A DNA stretch of 64,000 nucleotides from Macrostomum lignano (Eukaryota): positions 25,592 to 89,591 of the forward strand of contig NIVC01003583.1 in NCBI GenBank assembly GCA_002269645.1, written 5' to 3'. Of this stretch, positions 22,301 through 35,556 are shown piece after piece (within the stretch, counting starts at the first letter, position 1; every line of letters begins with the position of its first letter). Both the position numbers and the translations under genes were made by a program. The notes under the pieces were generated by a model that searched no databases, had not been told where the DNA came from, and worked only from the letters and a program-made list of their open reading frames with translations.

Positions 22301-25238
22301 GGCTCAAATCTAAATCGCCAAGCGTTAGTGGTTCCGAGGAGTAACGCTGAGAAATAAGTTCAAGCACACCTGCATAGTGCAATGCCCTGAACTTTTGATT
22401 GACTCCAGCTGCCTTGAAGAAGCTGTCGCACTGAATGCCGCTTAGTTCGGAAGGCAAAACATGAAGAAATGGCTCGAATCCCGCATCAGATCTCGACAGA
22501 CTCACTTGAGCAGCCCTAATGAAACCTGATGCAGACCAAATAATGTTCGGAGTCTGATTCACCATGTAAAAGACGCTATTCGCATTGAGATAACCGGAAG
22601 AGATTTGGGCACTGAGGTGTCGATAAACGCACCGGCTCACTCGCAGAGTTTCTTCATTGCCAGCTTGGGTGCCGGCCAGAGCTACCAGCTGCTTCCAAGC
22701 CACCTCATTGGCGACGTAACTCACGTTCAAAACTCCGATTTGAGCCAATAGATCTTGTCTGCTTGATGAGGTAACATCACGCAGCACTGTCTCGTCCAAA
22801 ATAAGGTATGAAGCCGAAACGAGATCTTTGCAGCTGGCATCAAACAGCTGACAAGGCTGGAAAAGTTGCGTTTTTGGATACTGATCAGCTCGCCAGACAA
22901 GGCAACTGTCGTTAGCTTTCTTCAAGGCAGGTAGAAATGCTACGTTTCTCAGCTGACCGATCGGCTGGTTTACAAACTTAGAGAGGAACGAATCCAAGTA
23001 CGAAAGCAGCGCAACCGTGCGCTCAGTTCTCTGAGGCTCGGAGAGCGCAGCAACTGACTGAGCGCGACTCAGCAACTCGGCCCAATTGAGATCCGCACGG
23101 AGCCCGACTGTGCGGAGCGCTTTTAGCTGATCCGGTGTTTGCAGGTCGCTGTGAGGAAAAACGCTTGCGTTCATTTCAAACAGCTTTGCAGCCTGACAGC
23201 TGGTGTCCAGAAGCTGCAGAGGCTGACAAAAGGCGTTTCCAACGTTAGGAATGCAATAGGACTGCTTCAACGAATTCAAAACCTTTTGAGTAACAATTCT
23301 AGAAGCGGAGCTCCAGTCTGCATTGCCGCCTCCACTGATAACATTCAGTATGAATTTCAGCGCTTTAAAGCAGTCCTCAGAGTAGCCCGACTGCCACAAG
23401 CGAGGCATGTTCGGCACCAAATTAAGCAGCAGTGTCTCGCCCGACCACTGACGCTGCAGAATCTTGTTCGTCAGTCCCAGCTGCTCCACAGTTCGTCGAA
23501 CTCCATCGGTCAACGATGCTACACCTTCGTGCTGACCCACGAGTCTCGTGGCGAGTCGACTCAAACAATCTGAAATCCCACCCAGTGACAGGATGCTGGG
23601 ATCCAGAAACACTGTGTGTCCCAAACTATTCCAGCCGGCTGATGTGTGAAAGATTGACGCCTGACCGTCAAGCAGGGAAGCGTAGAACTTCTCAATAAGC
23701 GGCCTCCACACAGACTGAGTAGCTCTGTCGAATCGAGGCCACAGCTCTTGCGAAATCTCTGCATTTACCAAAGACATTCCACTTAGAATCTTCAGAGCGT
23801 CGATGTAGGCAGGACAAATGACGTCTGTGAGCAGCACTCGGTTCCACTCGCCGAGACTCCACACGCCCTGCTTCTCGTCGACCGTGACCTCGTTGAGGTG
23901 GCGTCGGCTCGAGGTGACGGAGAAGCTCGCGTTCAGCATCACTGGAAATGGATTTTCTACAGGCAGCGGTAGGAAACAGAACAGCAGCGAGGCCGGCTGT
24001 GTGTCATGTGACAGCGGCACAATCCTGTCAGACTGCTCGATGGGCAGCGCCACGGCTCCCACAGGCGCCAGTCCGAGACGACGCTGCTCCAACGCGACAA
24101 CGAGCGACTGCCCAGTGGCGACAGCAGCGCACACGAGCCACACTCTGGTGGAGGCGACTGTGCTGATCTGGAACTGGTCATGAGCTGAGTCTCCAAGCTG
24201 AACCTCTACCTCGACAGTCGCTTGACAGCGATGTGCTTGATTTCGTCCAGACCTTCCTTGAGTAGCAGATTCGATCAGAGCTTCGGCTACCTTGAGAATA
24301 GAGCTCTGAGCAGCGAACTCTTTATCCGCCTGTGACATTCCTGCTATTGGCAGCGGTGGCAGTGCAATGGCATGTCGCTGGAAATATTTGAGAGGGCTCT
24401 TGTGAACGCAGAACACGAGTTGAGTTTGATTTGAAGGATCGGTCGCATTGGACGGCAGGAACAGACACCGGAATGTTCGCACTGTCTGGGTGAACAAAAG
24501 CATCGTGTCAGCTTGCTCTGCAGCCAGTCTCAACAAGCCACGAATCTCCGAGTCAGAGTACACGCGATCGCAGATCTTCGACTTCGCTGCCTGAGTCTCA
24601 GTGCGCAGCGGAAGACGCAGCAGCGTGCCGGCGAAGTTTCCTTCATCCGCTTGCAGATTGCAGCCTGAGACTCCAGCGAACGGTGCAAACTGGTTGGCGT
24701 ACTGATCCAGCAGACTCCGCTGTGCTTGAAAGTCGAGCTCAACTCCAGTGTCCCTGTCCCCGTGACTCGCGTACACCGTCTCCAAGTAGCCCTCGCCTCT
24801 GCGCTCACCATGCGGGTCGAGGATCAGCATGCGGTGTCGACTGAGGATCTGCGGCACGTCAGTCAGGTTGTACACCGAGTTGAAGCCCAGACCGAAGCGA
24901 CCGACCTTGGCCGTCTTCTCCAGCTTGGTGGCTCCGCTCAGCTGCAGGATGTTGTCGAAGTCCTCGTCGCTGAAGGTGGCGTTGTTGAAGGCCCACAGCG
25001 CCCGTCCCTGACAGTCGGCCATCGCCGGATCGAGCAGCGACTCGGAGCCGCGCCAGTTTGAGTTCTTGCGACAGTCGTAGAGCATGGTGAGCTCGGTGGC
25101 GCCCGCGTCGTCAGCGTTCTGCAGCAGCTCCTTGGGCACCGCCAGACCGTCAGAGTACTCGTCGAGCAGTCGCTTGAGTCGTCGGGTGAGCGGCTCGGAC
25201 TGTCCACGCAGACGCAGGCCGTCGGAGGTCTGGGCCAT
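16310..25238 (-). CDS. SACS: Sacsin-like gene copy 2 (~2,975 aa if repaired), best candidate for an intact gene; six small frameshifts in this assembly
   Basis: ORFs 21183-25349, 20459-21115, 19974-20450, 18577-20070, 17582-18565, 17326-17721 and 16310-17368 tile one protein starting MAQTSDG (ATG 25238). Breaks: +1 ~21220, +2 ~20461, -1 ~20070, -1 ~18595, -2 ~17660, -1 ~17368. The four deletions shorten homopolymer runs; there is no nonsense substitution. Confidence 0.8.
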
Positions 25239-27556
25239 TCTGGAGTGCGTAGGGTTTTTGAGTGATTTTAACTTTGATTGAAGTACATGAGAGTGCATGA
25301 CTTGATGCACGGGTTTGCGTGATTGGCCATTGTGTTGTAAACTGTCCAATTGCTAGTGAGACAAATAACGAAGACAGAATGACTAACACTTAGGAAGGCT
25401 ATATTTAGCAAGAGGCGGGCAGTGAAAGTTTTAACGGTAAAAAGTCGTAAAAGGTAGGAAGAGAGAGACCAGGCTATATTTAAAGGTAATAAAACTGGAC
25501 TTCTTCGTGCGCCATGCGCACGGAGAGGTCTAAAATATCGATCGTAAAATTATTATACGAAACGCCTTAAGTAAGCACGAAGCAGGAAAAATAAAAACGG
25601 CCCGATTTGGGGCCAACAAACGCAATATACACTCGTACATCGTAGAGTGAATAGGAAATGATACGAATATTGTCAATTTTAGATAAATCTGACAGAAACC
25701 CAATCTTCTCTTTTCTTAGTTGTCGTGCAACTAACTTCGCATTCGACTCACATCAGACTTGAAATAATTTAAAATTGAAATAAATTCAATATTGGTCGGA
25801 GGTTGCACGAAAGCTTTTCTTCTTGCCCGCTTGTTTCTGACTTTGATCTCAGCGGGATCTTTGTATCTCTCTCCTTAGTGCTCTCTCATTGGCTGAGCTG
25901 GATCGGGTCTGACCCCTAGGCTAAATTTCATCTGTCTTGCGTTCACTTGTGTACATCGACATGCTCGTTGTTCATCTTAACCCCGTGGGACAATATGCGG
26001 GGTCCTTTGCTAGCAAGAAATCTATCTGCTCGCCGAGATTTGCCAGCAGAAATCTGTTAGCGAAGATTTAGCTAGCCGAAATCTGCTAACGAGAGCCCTA
26101 ACCAAAACTGGCGATCAGCAACTTGGCTAGCCGAACTTCGTGTAATTCGCCAGAGACAATTATGCTACGATGATTCGATTTGCGCTTAATCGCTCTATTG
26201 ACTCATTTTGTCGTGTTGATCATAGATCTTATATTCCCTAGATAGGCCACTTTGTATGGCGGTAATACGGAAAGTTCGACCGCTGTTTTAGGTCACTTGT
26301 GCGAAAAAGCTGGCATGGGTTGCTTATAAATTTGAGTTCAGTAGCTTAGGGACATAGACGCTATTTTTGAGAATTTAATAGAACTTCTCATGAATTGAAT
26401 AAAAAGCTGCTCAATCAAACAACTAACAATGAGTAAATAAACAGCGGCCCCAGTGCGTGACAACGATTGTTTTGCGAGCGCCGGTAATGACATTAACACT
26501 AAAAAATAGTGCAGTAGAAACATTGCTATGCGCTTTCGTCTATGGTATTACTTGGCGCCGGAAGGAGTCGAGGAGGGGGGAGAGTGAGAATGAGGGTGTG
26601 GGGGCGAAGCCCCCACTTTCTACAATGAAATTTAAATAAACTTTAGTCTATGGCCCACATCGACATTAATATGCACTGTAGTTTTTTGATCCCATAAAGA
26701 GGGAGACAGAAGTTTTAAGAGAGCTGAGTAGAAAGACAGCAGATTTGATTGCTTGCATCTTTCATTTACACAAACAAAATCGAAATGGCTGCAGACGCAG
26801 AGCCAACTACAGTGGCAGAAGTTCTGCCTCCTCTATTTAACTACGGAGCTATGCCGAATGGTGAGATTTCAGGAGTAACATCCGGCGAATTCGACTTGAT
26901 TTGCAAGTCCTTCGATCATGCCCAAGGTCATTAGACAGTCGAGATGCAGCGAACCGCTATAGATTGTCTGAGAAAAGCTGCTGGAGGCTTTCGCTATCTT
27001 CTGGCATGGAGCAGCTCTGGCATCATTGTCTATGGCCCGAAAGTTTGATCTTTGGTGTTGATTAGCAGTGACGCAAATTACAATACATTGCGTCCTGCGA
27101 AGTTGTATTTTACATGCAATTGAAAATAACCCAAACAGAAGTTTCATTGTGGTACTTGCATGACAAGAATCTGGATGTACTTCATATACACTACAAAATG
27201 AGTTTGATAATTCTATGCTCGTTGACACTTTTTAAAATGTGTTTCTACTTTGGTCAAGATAAACTTTTTTTCTTAAAGTGTTTAGGAAAAGGCCGATGGG
27301 GCTAAAATTATAAGCGTTTCCAAGAACTCAATCATAAAATTTGAAGCCAGGTAGTTCAGGTAGTTAGGTTTTAACGTATCTACACAATTCTCAGTCTAAA
27401 TAGCAGTACGAGCATATTTACTCATACGAATCAAAGCGGCTCAAATCGAAATCAAAACACGCAACAGATAAGAGAGCAAAGCAGCAAGTTCGGCCAGCAA
27501 ATTACTACTAAAAGCTTGGCACTCCTACTCCACCATATGCGCCTGAGGAGAAAATC

Positions 27557-27979
27557 CACAGATACTAAAATATCTAGATGGGCCACTCAGGCACATTTTT
27601 TTACTTAGTAAAACAGCTTTCTACTTCCAGTTCAGTAGCAAAGAAGAATATATCAGCTATTTTAGAAAAGTAAAGGCAGCTGAAACGACTGATTAAGTTT
27701 TGAAGCCCAACCTTGAGGACGTGCATGTACTTGCTAATTGGTTCAGCAATATGTACCTTAGCCCGTCCACTGAAATGTACATGGCAGCTTTAGGTTGGAA
27801 TTCCGAAAAAGACAATAAAAATTGGGGCGGGGCGGCGAATAGTGTGGAAACGCTGGGACTAAGAGCCAATTAATGAGCCTTGGTTTTAATATTTCATTAA
27901 ATGATTAATTCTGCTTTACTTACTACTGCACTGAAAGTAGATGTGCTGAGTGGCCCATCCAGTTATTACAGTATCTGTG
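27557..27979. mobile_element. MITE, CACAGA-terminal family (~420 bp)
   Basis: TIRs CACAGATACTAAAATATCTAGATGGGCCACTCAG / CTGAGTGGCCCATCCAGTTATTACAGTATCTGTG. The internal sequence is the reverse complement of the 34969-35426 element. No clear TSD. Confidence 0.8.
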
Positions 27980-27982
27980 CTT

Positions 27983-28690
27983 GCACTGACCCAAATCCCT
28001 CCCTCAGCACTGACCCCAAACACTCAGCACTGACCCCAGTCCCTCACTCAGCACTGACCCCAGCACTCAGAACTGACCCCAGTCCCTCATTCAGCACTGA
28101 CCCCAGCACTCAGCACTGACCCCAGCACTCAGAACTGACCCCAGTTTCTCACTCAGCACTGACCCCAAGTACTCAGCACTGCACCAGTCCCTCACTCAGC
28201 ACTGACCCCAGTCCCTCGGCCTCACTCAGCACTGACACCAGTCCCTCACTCAGCACTGGCACCAGTCCCTCACTCAGCACTGACACCAGTCCCTCACTCA
28301 GCACTGACCCCAAGTACTCAGCACTGCACCAGTCCCTCACTCAGCACTGACCCCAGTCCCTCACTCAGCACTGACCCCAGTTCCTCACTCAGCACTGACC
28401 CCAGTCCCTTACTCAGCACTGACCCCAGTTCCTCACTCAGCACTGACCCCAGTTCCTCACTCAGCACTGACCCCAGTCCCTTACTCAGCACTGGCACCAG
28501 TCCCTCACTCAGCACTGACACCAGTCCCTCACTCAGCACTGGCACCAGTCCCTCACTCAGCACTGACACCAGTCCCTCACTCAGCACTGACCCCAAGTAC
28601 TCAGCACTGCACCAGTCCCTCACTCAGCACTGACACCAGTCCCTCCCTCAGCACTATCCCAGTTTCTCTCAGCACTGCAGCATAGACACC
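27983..28690. repeat. 24-bp minisatellite (CCAGTCCCTCACTCAGCACTGACC and variants), ~29 units
   Basis: Tandem units read directly. Confidence 0.95.
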
Positions 28691-29381
28691 AGCGTAACTA
28701 TAAGCAGGTACACATGCACGCAGAAATGGCCAAAAGTTCCCTAATTTCAAATCACAATTTTAGTGACATTATTTTTTGCAGTAACTCGGCAACGAAAAAT
28801 GGAGCTGTATAAAAAAGTTCTTACCGTTTGTATCAAAAGAGGTTTGGAAAAACAATAGGTGGAATTGATTTTTTTCTTAGAGAAGTTTCACGATCGAGTA
28901 ACTACTCAATTGATTGCGAGCTGTTAACGATATCAGTGCATTGTGTGTATCATTATATACTGTCGCTTTCCTAACGAGATGTCATTTCCAGGAAATTCAC
29001 CGTGCATTACCGGTACGTACACGAATTTCTGGTAAATAGGCCAACCAGACTCACTGAGCTTATAAGTGGGAGAATTTTCTATCACTACCAACTCTGCCCA
29101 ACTCCCAGTCCCAGCATGCACAGTTTAAGGGGATCGAAAATTAGTCAGGAGAAATGGACTTACAAATGTGCGCCATTCTTTCAGTATACCCGTGGAAGCA
29201 TAGCAACAAAACATTCCAGGGGTAGAAAGTCGAGAATACAGTACTATTGACATCACCGCTATTGTCTCCAGCTGTTACTGTCTTCACAGCTACAGTCTCA
29301 GTCGCTATTGTGTTTCCTGCGACAATGCCCCAAGCACTCCTCTGGCGGGCAAGCGTCGTCACATTACATGCAGAGTGTCAG

Positions 29382-29487
<106 letters not shown>

Positions 29488-29842
29488 TGAGTGACTGAGT
29501 GAGGAGAGGCCGCTAACCTCCTCTCCGTTCCCCACGCCTCTACCTCTGCTCACCCCATCTCTCGTGCCATAGAATGAGGAATAATTCTTGATAACTAACG
29601 CCAGTTCCATCGCCATTGCCAGTCAGCTTTCAGTTCATTGATGAGAAGTATCTGTAGCGAGTTTAAACGAATGAGCCGTAAAGGCGATGGTTCTTTGGCT
29701 TTATTTTTGTTAAACAGTTTTCAGTATGAAAAAATTCTGGCTTGAATAAATGCAATGCTGGGTGCTTTTTATTTATACACAATTTCATACAAAATGTTAA
29801 AGTCCGGGAATATTCGGGAAGCATGTGCGCGGGAGTTTACAT

Positions 29843-30434
29843 CACAGAATATACACAGAATGGCGAATCCCGCATTTTGAGAAAATTTCTTGCACAAGAA
29901 TGATATTCTATACTGGCTACTCTTGTTGTGAAAAGAAACTAAGTAGGCTGAATGGCACTTTACCAATTCTTTGCCATTTATTGCGGGTTCCACAGAATAT
30001 AGGAAGGCTTGATGAACCAACCCACCCCCTTCTAAACTGTGCTATTTTTAGAAACTACCTTAAGGCTGGCCCTGCCTTCTGCTGCGCTTTAAGTTAGTGC
30101 CATTAAAACTTAACCTTGCTGTTATATGTTTGTTACTTTTGTTTTTTAGCTTACATGTACATGGCAATGAGGTTATAACAGTTCTTACTACTGCTCATGA
30201 CTTTGCGGACGCACCGTTTGAACAAATTAATTACAATGATGGCGCAGCATTCATCTGCAGCGTCAAAACGATGATTCAGAGCTTTCAAAGGCTGTCTTGA
30301 GCTCAACTTTTACATTCAACTTTGCGTTTAAAAAATCGCAGCTACTTATCAGCTTCACAACGTTAGTAGTGCAATCGCATTTATTTTCGCTTTCATAGAG
30401 AACTGCCGATTCGCCATTCTGTGTATGTTCTGTG
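29843..30434. mobile_element. Non-autonomous DNA transposon with 27-bp TIRs (592 bp)
   Basis: CACAGAATATACACAGAATGGCGAATC / GATTCGCCATTCTGTGTATGTTCTGTG (26/27 match), 8-bp TSD GTTTACAT / GTTTAAAT. Confidence 0.85.
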
Positions 30435-30594
30435 GTTTAAATTGCCTAATTTAGAATGTTGTTTACACGCAAATTTGTAGAACGCGTTCACTTTTGTACG
30501 CGCACGGCCATGTCTCGAAATCCTCTTTGAGATCGAATTCTCCATCGAATTCTCCATCGAATTTTACGTCGAATTCTCCCTCAGAGAAACATTT

Positions 30595-30795
30595 CTCTAG
30601 TAAACCCCGAAACATTGATACGGATAGCTTCCAGCAGAAGTATAGCCTGGAAGCGCCTAGAGGGGAGTGGAGCCCGGGAGAGAGATGAAGGAGGGATAGA
30701 GTGAGAGAGAGAGGGAGAGGCAGGGAGAGATGCAAGGCCGTAGGGCGCCAGCCAATGGTAGGGGGGGGGGTCGATATCGATACACACCTCCCCTC
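30595..30795. repeat. Purine-rich spacer block homologous to ~51940-52180
   Basis: Shared CTAG(T)AAACCCC..GAAGCGCCTA..GGAGCCCGG..GAGAGAGATG..GAGAGGCAGGGAGAGATGCA..CGCCAGC.AATGG..GATAT.GAT. Confidence 0.7.
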
Positions 30796-31058
30796 TATAA
30801 ATGAAAGGTATTGGGAAAGCAATTGGGTAACCCACGAGAAGATTTAGGATTAAAACGAATATACTTTTAAGGGTAATGATCACAACTGTCAAATATCCTC
30901 ACGCTGGGAAAAATTCAAACAAACAGGCCGAAATCTTACGTGATTGATGGCACGACAAATATCAGGGGAAAAGCGCCAGTCACGTGATTCACCAGATCAG
31001 TTGTCGCTTAAATGAAGTAAATGAAATAATCGAATTTTGATTATTTACGACATGAAAA

Positions 31059-31238
31059 CAGAAGCGCAACCAAGGGGGGCAGGGGCGGGGAACACCACCC
31101 CCTAGGCAGAGACCTGGAAATCAAAAAGGGGGGCCAAGCGCATTTTCAGCAAAATACAGAACCACCCTCCGCCCACCCCTCTAGGGTCTTTACCCTCCAG
31201 AATAGGCCCCCTTCAACAAATTTCTGGATGCGCCACTG
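31059..31238. mobile_element. 180-bp hAT-type MITE
   Basis: Imperfect TIRs CAGAAGCGCAACCA / TGGATGCGCCACTG and a perfect 8-bp TSD CATGAAAA on both sides. Confidence 0.8.
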
Positions 31239-33842
31239 CATGAAAAAGTATGCTGGGATAAAATCCCAAGCAAAAGAGGAAAAAACATGAGAGAAAGTAC
31301 AAAAAATTAATGGAGGCGATAATTATTAAAAAAAGAAGAGAGTAGAAAAGCAAACAAAAAAATCATATTGCTACTGTCATTAGTAAGTGCAGTACATCAA
31401 AGGAACTCATGTGTCCTCACACCAGTACTGACTGTCCATCCTCATCATATTTAAGCTTTAATTTCTTCTTGAACAGCTTTAAAATCTGTTTTTCTTTACA
31501 TCTTAGATTTGCCGAGTTTCTGAATTTAATCACGTGATCCAATTCTAAGCACTAGGATAGGAGCTAATGCTGATGAAATGTTGATGACCCACGCATTGAC
31601 GCAAAAAAGCCGTCGTCGTTGGTAGGTAGAACGATCCGCAGCACCCAGTCAAGCACTGCAGAACGAACAGGAACGGCACAATCGCGTAGGTATCACTTTA
31701 CATGTGCCTTTAAAGTTTTTAAGCAACAGAAAATTGTTAGAAGAGAAGTCATTTAGAAAACCAATTTAAAAAAGTAGAAAACATTGCCACTGCTAAACAA
31801 TAAAAAACAAGAAACACGCGTTTTTAGGCTTGATCACCCCGTCATGTGATGACTGTTTCGATTTTTAAAAATTTCGTTTTAAAACGAAAATGAAAACGGA
31901 AACAAAAATAATTTTCCGTTTGTTCCATCAAGCTGATTACTTTTAGCACTCCTTCAACACACAGTTTACAGTTGAAGTACTTTAACGATGTTGTTTTACG
32001 AGGGTAGCCAAGTAAACAGTACCAAACCCAACCGACCTAGTGAGAAAAACTAAGATGCACAAGGATATAAGTACGGATGCTTTGTGTACGCCAGAGTGCT
32101 GTAGAAACATCCTGTTGAAGTCGAGAATCCATGGAGCAGTGAGTACATCATTGACATAGGCGAAAGTGCTCACGTCAAAGCCACGACAGCTGAGCTGTTC
32201 GTACTCAAAAAGCAACCAGCTTCACTTTATTCATCGGCTCCAGATGGAAACATGGATGTCAGAGCGTCCATTGACTATCTGTTGAGCAGTGCAGCTTCGC
32301 TATCGTCTGAACAGCAGTGTCAAGTAGTACTAACTCATTTGAACAGAATTTGAATGCGCTGCTGAGCATACCTTGACTCACCAAATCCATAATCTCATTG
32401 ACGAGTGGCAGCAGCATTGGTGCAGAAGGCTGAGCCTGTAGCACCAAAATGAGTGCCTTCGGCGCTAAAATTAGCGCAGACAACACCGATACTCAAAATA
32501 ATGTACAAGTAGGAATCTGTCATGTACACGTAAAATTCTTGTCTTTAACTCCCCCCCCACTATAAAATCCATGGCGACACACCTGCGCCAAACTGCTGCT
32601 AGACTGCTCTTGAACTGTTGTCACACTTCTACATGTACGAGCTACCTTAGAAGTTTGCATCTAGTTGACCCGATTCACTGCCGTCACTTCGTCAATCAGA
32701 CTCCTTCACCCTATTATTAGTTTCATTTTTATCACGCAGCGGTAACACAGCTGTCTGACTGTTGACTGTGCTGTTTCACTGTGGCAACACTGTTTTTACA
32801 GTCCTGCAATGATTGTTGCGGAGAGACAATTGAGATCACGAAATAAACACACAATTAGGAACCATTGAGACAAAAAACTGAAGAATCGATTAAAACTAAA
32901 GTTTGACCAAAAATTCCAGCATTGTGTTTATTGAAAAAACCACAAACTGAATCGATTTTTTTGCATTTTATTAGTGCAACAGTGGTTGAATATTATTTGC
33001 TTAAATATAGCCATTGTGCCGAGGCGCGAGAAAAAAAACTGGATAAAAACTTAATTGGATAAATATAGTTCAGAATGAACAGAGAGATTAGCGGCTAATG
33101 GTTATCAATGATTAATTTTAGGTAGATTATTATCCACCGCTGAACCGTACATAATGACATTAAGGAGAGCCAACTGCTCAACCCATGACAACGCAAAATG
33201 ATAAGCAGAGGAAGGCGGTGGATCAGCACAGAAACTAAGTTTAGCTACAGGTAATCCTTGAAATAAAACATTGATAACCTTATAGCATTATAAAGTAAAG
33301 TTGAAATGAAAACTTTATGAATGAAAACTAGAAAACTATTTTCTATTCTCTAATTTTCATCTTTCAAATATTTTTAAAGGTCATTTTTAGAAATTGGTGG
33401 TAGGGAATAAATGAGTGAATTAAAGATTCAGTAGAAACAAAACTACTCATGCCAGACTGCTGTCACTGTTTGCTCTAACGAGCTGTCGACCGTCTCACAC
33501 TTATTTCAAGCCTCAAGATTACTGCCACCTGTTTTATAGAACTACCAAATTACGAGTTGGATCCGTAAAGCATAAATAATAAATATGAATCTAATAATAA
33601 ATATAATAAATATAATAAATAAATAATAAATATGAATAAATATGAATTATATAGTTAATAAATTATATAAACCTACTAACTACTTACTATCTAAGCAGTA
33701 GTGTATTGAACAATAGTCCCTTGAATAAAAAAGCATAGCATGAATAAATTTAAACTACCAGAGCTGAGCAAAAGGGTATCTGGATACGAACAGACAGTAG
33801 CTAATAGTGAACATACAACTGACAGGCACATCTTAAAAGTAC

Positions 33843-34672
33843 TGTGACGTTGCTAGTTTAAGTGGTCCCGCAAAAGGGCCGTTGGACTATAGTTTCCCTT
33901 GCTATTTCTCATTTTAATTTCTCCAATAGTTTATTTTAACGTTTACTTATAGTAGCGTGCAAATAATCTGTATCAACTGCTATTTCACTGTGTATTTGAT
34001 AGACCTTGCGCCCGTCTGTGAATTTTGGCACGATCGATAATTTCAAGTTCTCTCGCCAGCCAATGAAAACTCTCCGTGTTTTACGCTACCCCCCTTTTGC
34101 GCTCTTTATTAACCCTCGCCTGGCGGGCTGGGGGTTTCACTCGTCCCTGTTCTTGTGTTCTGTGTTCTCTCTCCTTAGGCTTGTCCTCCGTCCCGTCTGG
34201 CTTGCCTAGCCTTGTCTAGCCTTGTTTTCCTTCTCTCTGTCTGGCTGCCTCGAGCCTCCTTATCTCACGCCACGGCTGACGCCAACCTCGCCACTGCTCA
34301 TCTGCCTGCCTACTGCGTCTCACTGCCTTCACTGTGCTCATTGCCATTGCTCCTCACGTTACGTCGCCATTGCATCATTCGTCTGCCACTTGACTTCACA
34401 TTCAATTTATCTTCAAAAACCATTGTTGCAGCCGCCAGTGCCCAGAAAGCTATAGTTTGTGAATTGACAGTAATAGCCAAGCCTAATATTGATACTACCA
34501 ATAAAAACAACTACGGCAGTTCCTGCCTTTATCGCCAAGTGCTCCGCTACAAAATCCGCTTTACAAGAGTTGACTTCAACTTATTTTGAGACTACGACTC
34601 ACTACAACTCTCGTCAAAACGGCCCTTTTAAGGGTCATAGCCATAGTTAGCCGCTACGCCAATAACGTGACA
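33843..34672. mobile_element. Solo LTR (830 bp), probably Ty3/Gypsy-type
   Basis: TGTGACGTT...AACGTGACA termini (TG..CA) and a 4-bp TSD GTAC. The homologous empty site AAAAGTACTTTCC is at ~15797-15809. Confidence 0.85.
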
Positions 34673-34968
34673 GTACTTTCCTCTTTCCACACGCATCTAT
34701 AACCTTCCTGACGAGTTATCGCCATTTATTGTTGGCCTTTTGCCTCAGTCAATTGTTTGTTTGTTGAATAACTTAAATGGAATATTTTAAACAATACAGC
34801 AAGCTAAGTGTGAAGTATGCAGCGATAAATATTATTTCGTAGAAATTGGTCTACCTCTAAACACCATACTTTTTTATTAAACATAATTAGCACGCATTTC
34901 AATTGGACATGTCTCCTGAGCTGCTCATTGTCATAAACAAAGTTGTATCGCAATTCCTCACTTGAATC

Positions 34969-35426
34969 CACAGACACTTAAAATAACTAGATAGGCCACT
35001 CAGCACATTGTAAACTACTTTGAATTCAGTAGTAAGTTAAACAGAAGCATTTTTATGTATTATTAAAGCCGAGGCTAATTTATTGACATCCCACCCAATA
35101 AATGAAACCCTTATAAACCCTCCCTCCAAGAGCGCTTTCCACACTACCCTCGCACTGCCCCAATTTTTATTTCCTTTCTCGAAATTCCAGCCTAAAGCTG
35201 CCATGTACGTTTCAGTGGACTGGCTAATGTACATTATTGCTGAACCAATTAGCAAGAGTGCCCATGCTTTATACACCTGCAGGCATGGGCACCTACTAAA
35301 GTCATTTCAGTTGATTTACTTAAAAAATAGTTTATGCTTTCTTATTTGCTACTGAACTGACAGTAGAAAGCTGTTTTGCTAAGTATATATGCCTGAGTGG
35401 CTCATCTAGTTATTCTAGTATCTGTG
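34969..35426. mobile_element. MITE, CACAGA-terminal family, inserted ~130 bp downstream of the sacsin copy 3 stop
   Basis: TIRs CACAGACACTTAAAATAACTAGATAGGCCACTCAG / CTGAGTGGCTCATCTAGTTATTCTAGTATCTGTG and a degenerate 8-bp TSD (CTTGAATC / CTCGGATA). Removing it restores the flank seen in copy 1 (GAATCCAACAAG). Confidence 0.85.
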
Positions 35427-35556
35427 CTCGGATACAACAAAAAACACATGACAAGACAAAGCAAAAAAGATTTCCCCACCTCCTTCTGCATCGCGCTACA
35501 CGCGCAAACCAGTTGTCTGCAGAAAAACAAAGCCAACTCCAAGTCACTCACTCGAG

